This document shows, one piece after another, positions 29,331-38,524 of a DNA stretch of 64,000 nucleotides. Source of the stretch: Acidobacteriota bacterium (GTDB lineage Bacteria > Acidobacteriota > Thermoanaerobaculia > Gp7-AA8); NCBI GenBank assembly GCA_019244185.1, contig JAFATB010000005.1, positions 64,001 through 128,000 of the forward strand, read 5' to 3'. The position numbers were made by a program, and so were the translations under genes. Within the stretch, counting starts at the first letter, position 1. Every line of letters begins with the position of its first letter. Under the pieces are notes generated by a model that was not told the DNA's origin, made no database searches, and saw nothing but the letters and a program-made list of their open reading frames with translations.

Positions 29331-30282
29331 TCGTGTACGGACCTTCGAGCTCGACGACCGCGTTCGCGCCGGGCGTGCCGCCGGCCCAGCTGACACCGGG
29401 AACCTTGCCGACGAACGACTCGTACGTCTTCGCGCCGAGGAGTTGCGGCAGCGCACGCGTGAATCGGAGCAGATCCGCCGCGGTCGCGTAACCGCCTCCG
29501 GCGGATGAGCCGCGCGCCGGAAGGAAATTCGTATTCGGCACGCGCCGATGCGGCTCGCCGGTCATGCCGGTGGCCCGATTCGCGACAGCGTCGCTGGCCG
29601 CGAAACTGCCGCTGCTCATCATGCCGGCGGGCTTGTAAATGTGGTTGTGGATGTAGTCGTAGTAGGTCTGCCCGCTGAGTTTCTCGATGACGAGGCCGAG
29701 CGCGATATAGCCGGCGTTCGAGTAGCGGTGCTCGGTGCCCGGCTCGAACTGGAGCGGCTGATCGGCGAACAGCTTCAGGTAGTCCTGCAGCGAATCGAGC
29801 GAGGCATGTCCGGCCGCGAATCGCTCGCCGAAAACGTCGCCCATCCCGGAGCTGTGATCGATGAGCTGCTGGATCGTGATGCGATCGGCGATCTTCGACG
29901 GGAAGTCGGGCAGATACGTGCGCAGCGTCTTCGAGAAGTCGAGCTTGCCCACGTCGCGCAGCTGCAAGAGCGCAACCTGCGTGAAGATCTTGTTGATCGA
30001 CCCGATGTTGTATTTCGTGTCGTCGTCATTCCCCTTGCCGTACGACTTCGTCAGCAGCGGTTTGCCGTCTTTCGCGATGAGGACCGTGCCGGCGAAGAGA
30101 TCGCGCTCGTTGAGCGCGCGCGCGAGCGCGTCGATCGAGCCGAACGCGTCATCGCTCGCGGCGAGCTTCGGCCAATCCTTCGTCACTTCTTCGCCGTTAC
30201 CGCCGCCGATGCGGATGATCTTTCGCGGCTGCTGCGCAAGCGCGGTGCAGGCAATCAGCAGAATCCATAAAACACGCTTCAT
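29245..30282 (-). CDS. Serine hydrolase, beta-lactamase/AmpC-like family
   Basis: Signal peptide; GSINK (SxxK), YSN and LIDHSSG motifs. Confidence 0.9.
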   Translation of the reverse strand: MKRVLWILLIACTALAQQPRKIIRIGGGNGEEVTKDWPKLAASDDAFGSIDALARALNERDLFAGTVLIAKDGKPLLTKSYGKGNDDDTKYNIGSINKIFTQVALLQLRDVGKLDFSKTLRTYLPDFPSKIADRITIQQLIDHSSGMGDVFGERFAAGHASLDSLQDYLKLFADQPLQFEPGTEHRYSNAGYIALGLVIEKLSGQTYYDYIHNHIYKPAGMMSSGSFAASDAVANRATGMTGEPHRRVPNTNFLPARGSSAGGGYATAADLLRFTRALPQLLGAKTYESFVGKVPGVSWAGGTPGANAVVELEGPYTIIVLSNYDPPSATYLGGQARVALGLPTE

Positions 30283-30304
30283 GTCGTTCTCTCCTTTGCA
30301 CCGG

Positions 30305-30337
30305 AGCGTACGAAGCGCGGATCAAGATTTGATGAAG
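30305..30337 (-). promoter_or_regulatory. Response-regulator direct-repeat box plus -10, upstream of the serine hydrolase
   Basis: CTTCAT-N5-CTTGAT-N10-TACGCT, same architecture as at 32317-32349. Confidence 0.65.
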
Positions 30338-31653
30338 GGCAGCGCGACGATGAACGCCGGCTTCTCGTAGCGGATCGTGCCGCCGTGCAGCTCGACGAGC
30401 TGCTTCGCGATGGCAAGGCCGAGACCCGCGCCGCCGCTGCCTCGCGCGCGCGACGCGTCGACGCGATAGAAACGATCGAAGATGCGCTCCACGTGCTCCG
30501 GCGGCACGCCGGGACCGTCATCGTCGACACGAATGACGGCGAGGCCACCTTCGCGCGCCGCGTGCACGTGAACGCACGACGACGCATGCGCCAGCGCGTT
30601 GACCGCGAGGTTGCGCACGACCTGCACGAGGCGGCGCGCGTCGGCGCGGACGACGAGCGCGGGCTCGACGTCGTGCGTCAGCGCCGCTGCATGGGCCGGC
30701 AGGTTCGCGAGCGCGCGAGCGACGATCTCGCTCACCGCGACCTCCGCGAGCTCGAGGCGCAACTGGCCGGCGTCGGCCAACGAGAGCTGCTGCAGATCGT
30801 CGACGAGCCGCGCGAGGATTGCGGTTTCTTCCTCGAGTGATGCGAGGAGCTTCGTGTCGGTCGCGATGACGCCGTCCTGCGCCGCCTCGAGCTGCACGCG
30901 GATGTTCGTGAGCGGTGTGCGCAGCTCGTGCGCCACGTCGCTGACCATGTTTCGGCGCGCGCGCTCGTTCCGCTCCAGCGCCTCCGCCATCGAGTTGAAC
31001 GCACTCCCGAGCTCCGCGATCTCATCGTTGCCGCGGACGCGGACGCGGGCATCGAGCCGCCCGCTCGCGAGCGCCCGCGCGCCGCTCGTCAGCGCGTCGA
31101 CGGGCGAGAAGACGCGGCGGAAGATCGTCAGCATCACCGCGACCGCGAGCAGCGCGCCAGTGGCCAGCCCGGCGATGAGCCAGCGGTCGACGGAGACGCG
31201 AAACGAGCGCCGTAACGCATCCGGCTCCGGCGGAACGAACGTCACGGTGCCGACGCCCGCGATGCGCTGCGATGCGCCGACGATGCGGATCGCCGAGATC
31301 GAGCCGTTCGTCCGCGCGGTCAATACGAGCTCTCCGCCGGGCCTGACCGTGATTGCGTAGCGCGCCAGCTCCGGCGGATAGCGCGCGATCACGCGGCCGC
31401 CGGGATCGAAGACGAGCGTGCGGACGCCGTATTGCCGGTGCGCGCGCACGAGCGAATCCTGCAGCCGTGCGAGGCCGCCGGCGCGGATGAGCGCCAGCGC
31501 GCCGCGGAAGTCGCGGCCGCGCTGCTCGATGAGAAAGCGGTCGAACTCGTGCTTGACGGCTACGCTCGAGTAGATGCCCGCGGCGGCGAGCATCGCCGCG
31601 ACGATGGCCGTCATCGCCACGACGAGACGCCAGCGCAGCGAGCGGATGATCAT
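30322..31653 (-). CDS. Sensor histidine kinase (BaeS-like, HAMP)
   Basis: Two TM segments, HAMP, VAHELRTPLT H-box, DDGPG and GAGLGLAI. Confidence 0.95.
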   Translation of the reverse strand: MIIRSLRWRLVVAMTAIVAAMLAAAGIYSSVAVKHEFDRFLIEQRGRDFRGALALIRAGGLARLQDSLVRAHRQYGVRTLVFDPGGRVIARYPPELARYAITVRPGGELVLTARTNGSISAIRIVGASQRIAGVGTVTFVPPEPDALRRSFRVSVDRWLIAGLATGALLAVAVMLTIFRRVFSPVDALTSGARALASGRLDARVRVRGNDEIAELGSAFNSMAEALERNERARRNMVSDVAHELRTPLTNIRVQLEAAQDGVIATDTKLLASLEEETAILARLVDDLQQLSLADAGQLRLELAEVAVSEIVARALANLPAHAAALTHDVEPALVVRADARRLVQVVRNLAVNALAHASSCVHVHAAREGGLAVIRVDDDGPGVPPEHVERIFDRFYRVDASRARGSGGAGLGLAIAKQLVELHGGTIRYEKPAFIVALPFIKS

Positions 31654-32309
31654 TTCGCGAGCTTGTAGCCGACGCCGAAGACCGTGACGATCGCCTTCCC
31701 CGGTTCGCCGAGCTTCTTCCGCAGGTTCATGATGTGGACGTCGACGGTGCGATCGAGGCCTTCGTACTCTCCGCCGAACGCGCGCTCCACGAGCTCCTGC
31801 CGCGTGAAGGTGCGGCCGGCGGCGCGAGCGAGCGCGTCGAGCAGCCGGTACTCGGTCGGCGTGACGCTCACGGCCTCGCTGCCGACTCGGATCTCGCGGC
31901 GCGCACGGTCGATGGTCATGCCGTGCAGTTGCACGAGGTCTTCCTCTCCGGCGCGCCGCAGCACCGCGCGCACGCGCGCCATCAGCTCCCGCGGGCTGAA
32001 TGGTTTCGTGACGTAGTCGTCCGCGCCGAGGTCGAGGCCCGCCAGCGTGTCCTCCTCGGTCGACCTCGCCGTCACCATGATCACCGCCGGCCCGCCCGCC
32101 TCGCGCAGCGCGCGGCACACCGCAAACCCGTCGAGACGCGGAAGCATGAGGTCGAGAATGACGAGATGCGGTTCACGCTCGCGCGCCAGCTCGAGCGCAC
32201 GAACGCCATCGGCCGCCGTAGCGACCTCGTAGCCGTCGCGCTGGAGGTACAGCTCCACCATCGAGCGCGTCTTCGGATCGTCCTCGACCAGCAGAATGCG
32301 GCGGCGCAT
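31650..32309 (-). CDS. OmpR-family response regulator
   Basis: ILLVEDD, LDLMLP, GADDYVTKPF and RTVDVHIMNLRKKL; start placed at ATG 32309, 7 nt after TACGAT. Confidence 0.95.
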   Translation of the reverse strand: MRRRILLVEDDPKTRSMVELYLQRDGYEVATAADGVRALELAREREPHLVILDLMLPRLDGFAVCRALREAGGPAVIMVTARSTEEDTLAGLDLGADDYVTKPFSPRELMARVRAVLRRAGEEDLVQLHGMTIDRARREIRVGSEAVSVTPTEYRLLDALARAAGRTFTRQELVERAFGGEYEGLDRTVDVHIMNLRKKLGEPGKAIVTVFGVGYKLAK

Positions 32310-32316
32310 CGCGGTC

Positions 32317-32349
32317 ATCGTACGGAGGACGGATGAAGAAGGTGTGAAG
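32317..32349 (-). promoter_or_regulatory. Autoregulatory direct-repeat box plus -10 of the two-component operon
   Basis: CTTCAC-N5-CTTCAT-N10-TACGAT-N7-ATG. Confidence 0.65.
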
Positions 32350-32383
32350 AAAATGGCCGCCGCGCCGTAACGACGCGGCGGCC
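32346..32383 (-). terminator. Rho-independent terminator of the tricorn gene
   Basis: GGCCGCCGCG-N9-CGCGGCGGCC stem followed by ATTTTCTTC on the minus strand. Confidence 0.7.
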
Positions 32384-32391
32384 TTGCGGAG

Positions 32392-35300
32392 CTATCGATT
32401 GACTTTGATCTCGGGCACGACGAGCTTCTTCGGCGGATTCTTCGCCAGCTCGTCCATGAGGTACTTCACGGCCGTCTCGAGCGACGGGTCGTGTCCGGCG
32501 ACGACCAGGTCCGCGCGATCGACGACTTCGATGTCCGGCGCCACGCCCTCCCCTTCCACCGCCCACAAGCCCTGCGTGTCGAGGAAGCGGAACTGCGGCG
32601 CGGAGACGTTGCCGCCGTCCATGAGATCGGGATTGCCGGAGAGTCCGATCAGCCCGCCCCACGTGCGCGTGCCGATGATCGGCCCGAGCTTCTGCTCGCG
32701 GAAGTAGTACGGCAGCGCGTCGCCGCCCGAGGCCGAGTAGCCGTTGATCAGCATCGCCTTCGGTCCGACGTGCGCGAACGCCGGCGTCGCGCTCGGCTTC
32801 TCGTTGCGGCGCACCCAGTAATTCAGCACCGGCCGCGAGAGCAGCTCGATCATGCGATCCGGGATGAAGCCGCCGCCGTTGTAGCGGTCGTCGATGATCA
32901 AGGCGTCCTTATCGACCTGCGGATAGAAGCCTTTCACGAGTTCCCGATTTCCCTCGGGACCGGTATTCGGCAGATGGATGTAGCCGATGCGCCCGCCCGA
33001 CGCCTTCTCGACGTACGCGCGGCGCGAGGCCACCCAGTCGAGGTAGCGGAGGTTCGTCTCCTTCTTCACCGGACGCACGTGCTCTTCGTGCGCGCCAGCG
33101 GCGTCGGGACGCGCGTTCACGAGCAGCGTGACGACGCGATCGGCTTTGTTCTCGAGCAGGCGGTAGAAGTTGTCGACGCCTTTCGTCGAGACGCCGTCGA
33201 CGGCGAGGATGTAGTCGCCTTCATGCACCTTCACGCCCGGCTCGGTGAGCGGGGAGCGGAAGTCGTCGTGCCAGTTCTCGCCGGGGAAGATGTGCGCGAT
33301 CCGGTAGACGCCGGAGTCGCCGACGATCTCCGCGCCGAGCAGACCGTTGTCGACGCGGTCGACGCCGATGCCGTCGGGCGAGGTGACGTAGACGTGGCCG
33401 GAGTTCATCTCACCGGCCACTTCGCCGAGGATGTAGTCGAGATCTTCGCGGCGCGCGACGTAGGGAACGAGCGCGCCGTACTTCGCGCGGATCGCGTTCC
33501 AGTCATTGCCGTGCATGTTCGGGTCGTAGAACCAGTCGCGGAGAATGCGCCACGCGTCGGTGAACTCCTGCGTCCACTCGGCACGCGGATCGACTTTCAT
33601 CTCCATCGTGTCGAGCTTGAGCGCGCCCTCGGCCACCTTCTGATTCGGCTTGAGCGGGACGATCGTGTACGTGTTGCCGCTGCGCGCGATGAGCTTGTCG
33701 CCACCGGACGCGAGCTCGTACGAGGCGACGCCGTCGAGGATCGTCGCTTCCTCGCGCTCGTCGATGTTGTAGAGCTTGAGCGCGCGGCGCGGGCCGTTAC
33801 CGGTGAGATACAGGATGCCGTTCGCGGTCGCGGTGAGCGTGTCGTAGTTGCCGGACGGGCCGGGGATCGCGCGCACGCGGTTCTCGAAGCCCGCCGGATC
33901 GATCTTCACGACGAGGCCCGCGGGCTTCTTGTCCGCCGGCTTGTCGGCAGCCGGTGCGGGCGGCGGCGCGGGCATCGACGCTTTCTCTTCGTCGCTCTGC
34001 GGGAGGAAGAGCGCGGGACCGTCGGCGGCGAGCACGGCGACGTAGACGCGCGTCGGATCGGTGTAAACGTAGTTGAACTCCCAGCCGCTGAACGTGAGAT
34101 TGAAGTCGCGGTTGGAGACGAAGTAGAGGTAGCGGCCTTTCGGATCGAAGACCGGCTCGCCGTCGTTGGTCATGCCGCTGGTGAGGCGGTACGACTTCGC
34201 GTCGCCGAGGTTGTAGACGTAGATCGACGAGAAACGGGCTTCGTTCAGTTTGGTGTAGGCGAGCCAGCGCGAGTCGGGCGCCCACTGGTACGACTGGATA
34301 TCGCCGTACGGATCCTTGTCGACGTCGGTGACTTTGCCGCTGGCGACGTCGACGTAGCGCAGCATGTGGTCCTTGTCGGAGAACACGAGCTTCGTCGAGT
34401 CGGGCGACCAGCGCGGCGGGAAGCGCCACGATGAGCCGTTGCGCGTGAGCTGGCGCTCGTCGCCGCTGCCGTCGGCGTTGCGCACGTAGATCTCGTACTC
34501 GTCGCCGTTGCGATCGCTGAGATACGCGATGGTCTTGCCGTCGGGCGACCACGTCGCCGACATCTCGCGCACGCCGGGCGTCGCGGTGAGGTTGCGGATC
34601 TCCCCTTCTTTCGCGGGGACGCTGAAGATGTCGCCGCGCGCGACCATGAGCGTGCGCGCCGCGCTGGGCGACGGCGAGAACCACTCGATGTTCTCTTTGA
34701 CGTTCTTGAAGTACGGCACGGTGCCGCGGAAGTCGCCGTACACGCGGATCGGCACGCGCTCGTTCTGGTTCGACGCGGGATCGTAGCGCCAGATGTAGCC
34801 GCCTTCCTCGTAGACGATCTGCGAGGTGCCGGCGCTCGGCCAGAGGACGTCGAAGTCGGTGTGGTTCGTGACCTTGCGCGTCTGCTTCGTGGCGAGGTCG
34901 TAGGCGTAGAGATTCAACTTGCCGGCGGTCGTCGCGCCCGCGTCAGCCCTGTTGGCGTCGGGACGATCGGACGTGAAGTAGATCGTGTTGCCGATCCACA
35001 TCGGCTGGTTGTCGGTGTACGGCTCGTTCGTGATCTGCTCGGTGGTGTTGTGGACGAGGTCGTAGATCCAGACGTCCTGCGCGCGTCCGCCGCGATAGCG
35101 CTTCCACGTGCGGAACTCGCGCTCGATCGGCGTGTACACGAGCTTCGTGCCGTCGGGCGAGTACATGCCGCCGCCCGCCTCGGGGATCGCCAGCGGCGTC
35201 TCCATGCCGCCGGTGGCGGGGATGATGTACGGCCGCGCCATGCGGTCGCTCCACGGCACGCGGTGCGGGAGGAAGAGGATGTTCTTGCCGTCCGGCGTCC

Positions 35301-35670
35301 AGCCGAGGACGCGGTCGTCAATGCCGCCGCGGGGAGGAAGCGCGCCGACGTCGTTGTAGAACGTCAGCTGCCGCGGCTCGCCGCCGTCGACGCTGATGAC
35401 GTAGACCTGGCGGCTGCCGCTGTACTCGCCGGTGAAGGCGATCCAGCGTCCGTCGGGCGAGAACTTCGGGAAGTACTCCATGCCCGCGTCGGAGGTGAGG
35501 CGCCGCGCATCGCCGCCTTTCGCGGAGACGGTCCAGAGATCGCCCGCGTAGACGAAGGCGATGGTGTCGCCGTGAATGTCGGGCTGGCGCAGAAGCCGCG
35601 TCAAGCGCTCCTGTGCCGCCACGCCCGACGCCGTTGCGGCGAGCGCGAGAATGGTGATGAGCTTTTTCAT
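32392..35670 (-). CDS. Tricorn protease homolog (S41), secreted
   Basis: MKKLITIL signal peptide; WD40/TolB-like repeats; WKRYRGG; PDZ; IIDDRYNGGG, SASGGD and GTRTWGG motifs. Confidence 0.95.
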   Translation of the reverse strand: MKKLITILALAATASGVAAQERLTRLLRQPDIHGDTIAFVYAGDLWTVSAKGGDARRLTSDAGMEYFPKFSPDGRWIAFTGEYSGSRQVYVISVDGGEPRQLTFYNDVGALPPRGGIDDRVLGWTPDGKNILFLPHRVPWSDRMARPYIIPATGGMETPLAIPEAGGGMYSPDGTKLVYTPIEREFRTWKRYRGGRAQDVWIYDLVHNTTEQITNEPYTDNQPMWIGNTIYFTSDRPDANRADAGATTAGKLNLYAYDLATKQTRKVTNHTDFDVLWPSAGTSQIVYEEGGYIWRYDPASNQNERVPIRVYGDFRGTVPYFKNVKENIEWFSPSPSAARTLMVARGDIFSVPAKEGEIRNLTATPGVREMSATWSPDGKTIAYLSDRNGDEYEIYVRNADGSGDERQLTRNGSSWRFPPRWSPDSTKLVFSDKDHMLRYVDVASGKVTDVDKDPYGDIQSYQWAPDSRWLAYTKLNEARFSSIYVYNLGDAKSYRLTSGMTNDGEPVFDPKGRYLYFVSNRDFNLTFSGWEFNYVYTDPTRVYVAVLAADGPALFLPQSDEEKASMPAPPPAPAADKPADKKPAGLVVKIDPAGFENRVRAIPGPSGNYDTLTATANGILYLTGNGPRRALKLYNIDEREEATILDGVASYELASGGDKLIARSGNTYTIVPLKPNQKVAEGALKLDTMEMKVDPRAEWTQEFTDAWRILRDWFYDPNMHGNDWNAIRAKYGALVPYVARREDLDYILGEVAGEMNSGHVYVTSPDGIGVDRVDNGLLGAEIVGDSGVYRIAHIFPGENWHDDFRSPLTEPGVKVHEGDYILAVDGVSTKGVDNFYRLLENKADRVVTLLVNARPDAAGAHEEHVRPVKKETNLRYLDWVASRRAYVEKASGGRIGYIHLPNTGPEGNRELVKGFYPQVDKDALIIDDRYNGGGFIPDRMIELLSRPVLNYWVRRNEKPSATPAFAHVGPKAMLINGYSASGGDALPYYFREQKLGPIIGTRTWGGLIGLSGNPDLMDGGNVSAPQFRFLDTQGLWAVEGEGVAPDIEVVDRADLVVAGHDPSLETAVKYLMDELAKNPPKKLVVPEIKVNR

Positions 35671-35740
35671 GACAGTTGCATAACACGGCTGGCCTGCGGT
35701 CCGATACCGTTTTTCAGCTTCGTAACGGAAGGAGATTGTT

Positions 35741-36172
35741 ATGCGTAGTCGAGGGTTCTCCGTGAGTCTGGCCGCGTGCGTCGTGCTCGCCGCCGCGTGT
35801 GCGTCGGGTCCGAAACGTCCGGCGAACGTCGCCGCACCGGCGCTCGACGTGCGCATGGCGCACAACCTCTTCTTCGGCACGTCGACGAGCACGCCGGCGA
35901 CCGTCGACGTCCTGCTGCACAACAACGCCGACGTGCCGATCACGATCCGCCGCGCGTCCGTGACCTCGCCCGGCATGGGGCAGTACGGCATCCTCACGAC
36001 GACGCATGACTTCCACGAGATCGTTCCGCCGGGCGGCACCGGACGCGTATCGCTCTACGCCACCGCCGTGCGCAGCGTCGACGATCCGACCGAGCCGCTC
36101 ACGCTGCGCGCCACGGTCGAGCTAGAGGCGGCGGGCGCGCGCTGGCGCGAGATCATCACCTCGCGGCGCTGA
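35741..36172 (+). CDS. Hypothetical lipoprotein
   Basis: GGAG SD; lipobox LAAA-C; Ig-like strand pattern. Confidence 0.7.
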   Translation: MRSRGFSVSLAACVVLAAACASGPKRPANVAAPALDVRMAHNLFFGTSTSTPATVDVLLHNNADVPITIRRASVTSPGMGQYGILTTTHDFHEIVPPGGTGRVSLYATAVRSVDDPTEPLTLRATVELEAAGARWREIITSRR

Positions 36173-36184
36173 ACGCAGGCGCGC

Positions 36185-37597
36185 TCACAGATAGCGCACG
36201 GTGAAGTCGATGAGCTTCTCTTTGAGCTTCCCGACGTACGGCGGATAGAGCAGCTCGATCGCGCTGAAACGCAGGCGCTGATCGAGCACGCCGCGCGCGT
36301 TCGAGAAAGCCTCGAAGCCGTAGAAGCCGTGCGACTTGCCGACGCCGCTGTTGCCGACGCCGCCGAACGGCAGCTCGAGCTGATAAAAGTGCACGAGCGT
36401 GTGGTTGACCGCGGTGCCGCCCGCGGTCGTGCGGCGCAAGACGTTTTTGACGACCTTGCGGTCGCGGCTGAAGACGTACAGCACGAGCGGCTTCTCGCGT
36501 CCTTCGATGACCGCGAACGCTTCGCCCAGCGTGTCGTACGTCAGCACCGGCAGGATCGGACCGAAGATCTCTTCCCGCATCACCGCCGCGTCGGGCGAGA
36601 CGTTCGTCAGCACCGTCGGCGCGATCTCGCGCTGGCGGAACACGCCGCCGGTGACGAGCTCCGCGCCGCCCGCGACCGCCGCGTCGAACAGCCGCTTCAC
36701 GCGGGCGGCGTGGCGGTCGTTGACGAGGATGCCGCGCGACGCGTCGCCCAGCGCCGCGATCGATTCCTTCAGCTTCTCGAGGAACTCCTCGCGCACGCGC
36801 TCGTGCACGAGGACGTAGTCGGGCGCGATGCAGATCTGGCCGCAGTTGAAGAACTTTCCCCAGGCGATCTTCTTCGCCGCCTCGGCGACGTTCGCCGTCG
36901 CGTCGACGATCGCCGGCGACTTGCCTCCGAGCTCGAGCGTCACGGACGTGAGATGCTCCGCCGCCGCTTTCATGACGATCTTCCCCACCGCCGGACTGCC
37001 GGTGAAGAAGATGTGGTCGAACTTCTTCCGCAGCAGCAGCTCGGCCACGCCCGCGTCGCCTTCGACCACCGCGACTTCGTTCTCGTCGAACAGCTCGCCG
37101 ACGATGCGCTTGATGCACGCGGTCGATGCGGGCGTCATCTCCGACGGCTTGAGGATCGCGCAGTTCCCGGCCGCGATCGCGGAGACGAGCGGCCCGAGCG
37201 TGAGATTGAAGGGAAAGTTCCACGGCGCGACGATCAGCACGACACCTTTCGGCTCGTAGACGATCGTCGAGCGCGAGCCGAGCAGCGCGAGCCGCGTACC
37301 GACGCGCTTCGGCTTCAGCCAGCGGCGCAGGTGCCGGACGGCGTGGCGCGCCTCGCTGACGACGGGATAGATCTCGGAGAGGTCGACTTCCGCCGCGGGC
37401 TTGCGGTAGTCGTCCCACATCGCGCGGCGGATCTCGTCGCGGTGCGCCAGTATCGCGTGCTCGAACCGCCGGAGCTTGGCGATGCGCTCGGCGGCGGTCG
37501 TCGCGGCGATGGCGGCGCGGTTGTGCTGCTGCGCGTCGAAGAGGCGGTCGATCTCGTCCGAAGCGAGCGTGGGAAAACTGCGCGGCGCGAGAGTCAC
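36185..37597 (-). CDS. Aldehyde dehydrogenase (class 3/coniferyl-aldehyde DH-like)
   Basis: PWNFPF, FTGSPAVG, LELGGKSP, GQICIAPDY and EEIFGP; start GTG 37597, 7 nt after TACAAT. Confidence 0.94.
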   Translation of the reverse strand: MTLAPRSFPTLASDEIDRLFDAQQHNRAAIAATTAAERIAKLRRFEHAILAHRDEIRRAMWDDYRKPAAEVDLSEIYPVVSEARHAVRHLRRWLKPKRVGTRLALLGSRSTIVYEPKGVVLIVAPWNFPFNLTLGPLVSAIAAGNCAILKPSEMTPASTACIKRIVGELFDENEVAVVEGDAGVAELLLRKKFDHIFFTGSPAVGKIVMKAAAEHLTSVTLELGGKSPAIVDATANVAEAAKKIAWGKFFNCGQICIAPDYVLVHERVREEFLEKLKESIAALGDASRGILVNDRHAARVKRLFDAAVAGGAELVTGGVFRQREIAPTVLTNVSPDAAVMREEIFGPILPVLTYDTLGEAFAVIEGREKPLVLYVFSRDRKVVKNVLRRTTAGGTAVNHTLVHFYQLELPFGGVGNSGVGKSHGFYGFEAFSNARGVLDQRLRFSAIELLYPPYVGKLKEKLIDFTVRYL

Positions 37598-37630
37598 GCC
37601 GCGCATTGTAACCGCTCCGCTTAGAATTAC

Positions 37631-38374
37631 TTACGGAAATACGACTTCCGTGACCTGGCCGAACGGGATGTAGACGAACTTGCCGGTCACGTGCTCGCGG
37701 CCGATGAAGTCGACCTTGTAGCCCTCGCAGCTGTCGACGAAGATCATCTCCGCCGCCGACGCGGTCTTGGTCTCGATGGTGATCTTCTGCTGGTTCGCGC
37801 CGTTGCAGCAGCCGCTCGAAGAGATGAAGGTCGACGGGCCGGTGATGCGCTTCATCTCCGTGCGGTCGATGCGCAGCGCGGCGTGATCGGAGAGGCGGCA
37901 GAAGTCGTCGTACGTCGACGAGAGATAGCCGCTGAACGGCACCGCGTAGCCGAACTCGATCGAGTCGGCGTCGATCTGCAGCACCGTGGAATCGGTCTGG
38001 CGCAGCGTGACCAGCGGTCCGCTCTGCAGGCGGATGACCGGGACGTCGGTCGCGGCGCTGATCACGGTGTTGCCGGTGACATAGCCCGTGCGCGACGCGA
38101 CGAGGGTCAGCGGACCGAAGGCCGTGAAGTTGCGGAAGGTGAAGTGGCCGCTGCCGTCGGTGAAGGTGCTCTTCTCGTTCGCCTGCACTTTGGCGGAGAC
38201 GACCGGCTGCCCGGTGACCGCGTCGATGACCGTGCCGTTGATCGTGGCGGTGAAGGTCGGCGCGTTCGCGGGATGCGCGACCGCGCGGTGCTTGCCGAAG
38301 GCGGGGAACGCCGCGAGGACTGCGAGCGCGAGTACGACGAGAGACTGCGACGGACGACGGGTAACCGGATTCAT
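37631..38374 (-). CDS. Secreted protein with a carboxypeptidase-regulatory-like domain
   Basis: GAGGAG SD; signal peptide then KHRAVAHP; GTVIDAVTGQPV...TDGSGHF pattern. Confidence 0.75.
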   Translation of the reverse strand: MNPVTRRPSQSLVVLALAVLAAFPAFGKHRAVAHPANAPTFTATINGTVIDAVTGQPVVSAKVQANEKSTFTDGSGHFTFRNFTAFGPLTLVASRTGYVTGNTVISAATDVPVIRLQSGPLVTLRQTDSTVLQIDADSIEFGYAVPFSGYLSSTYDDFCRLSDHAALRIDRTEMKRITGPSTFISSSGCCNGANQQKITIETKTASAAEMIFVDSCEGYKVDFIGREHVTGKFVYIPFGQVTEVVFP

Positions 38375-38524
38375 GGGTCTCCTCAGTGTCATTTCGTTGC
38401 GACGTGCGGGCACCGCCCGGAGTTTCGGATGGTAACACCCGCCGTTTCTTCTACGGCGCGGCGTTCCCGTTCGTTTGCTAGACTCCGCCGCGCGCGTTCG
38501 CCCGCGCTACGAACAGGAGGTGCC

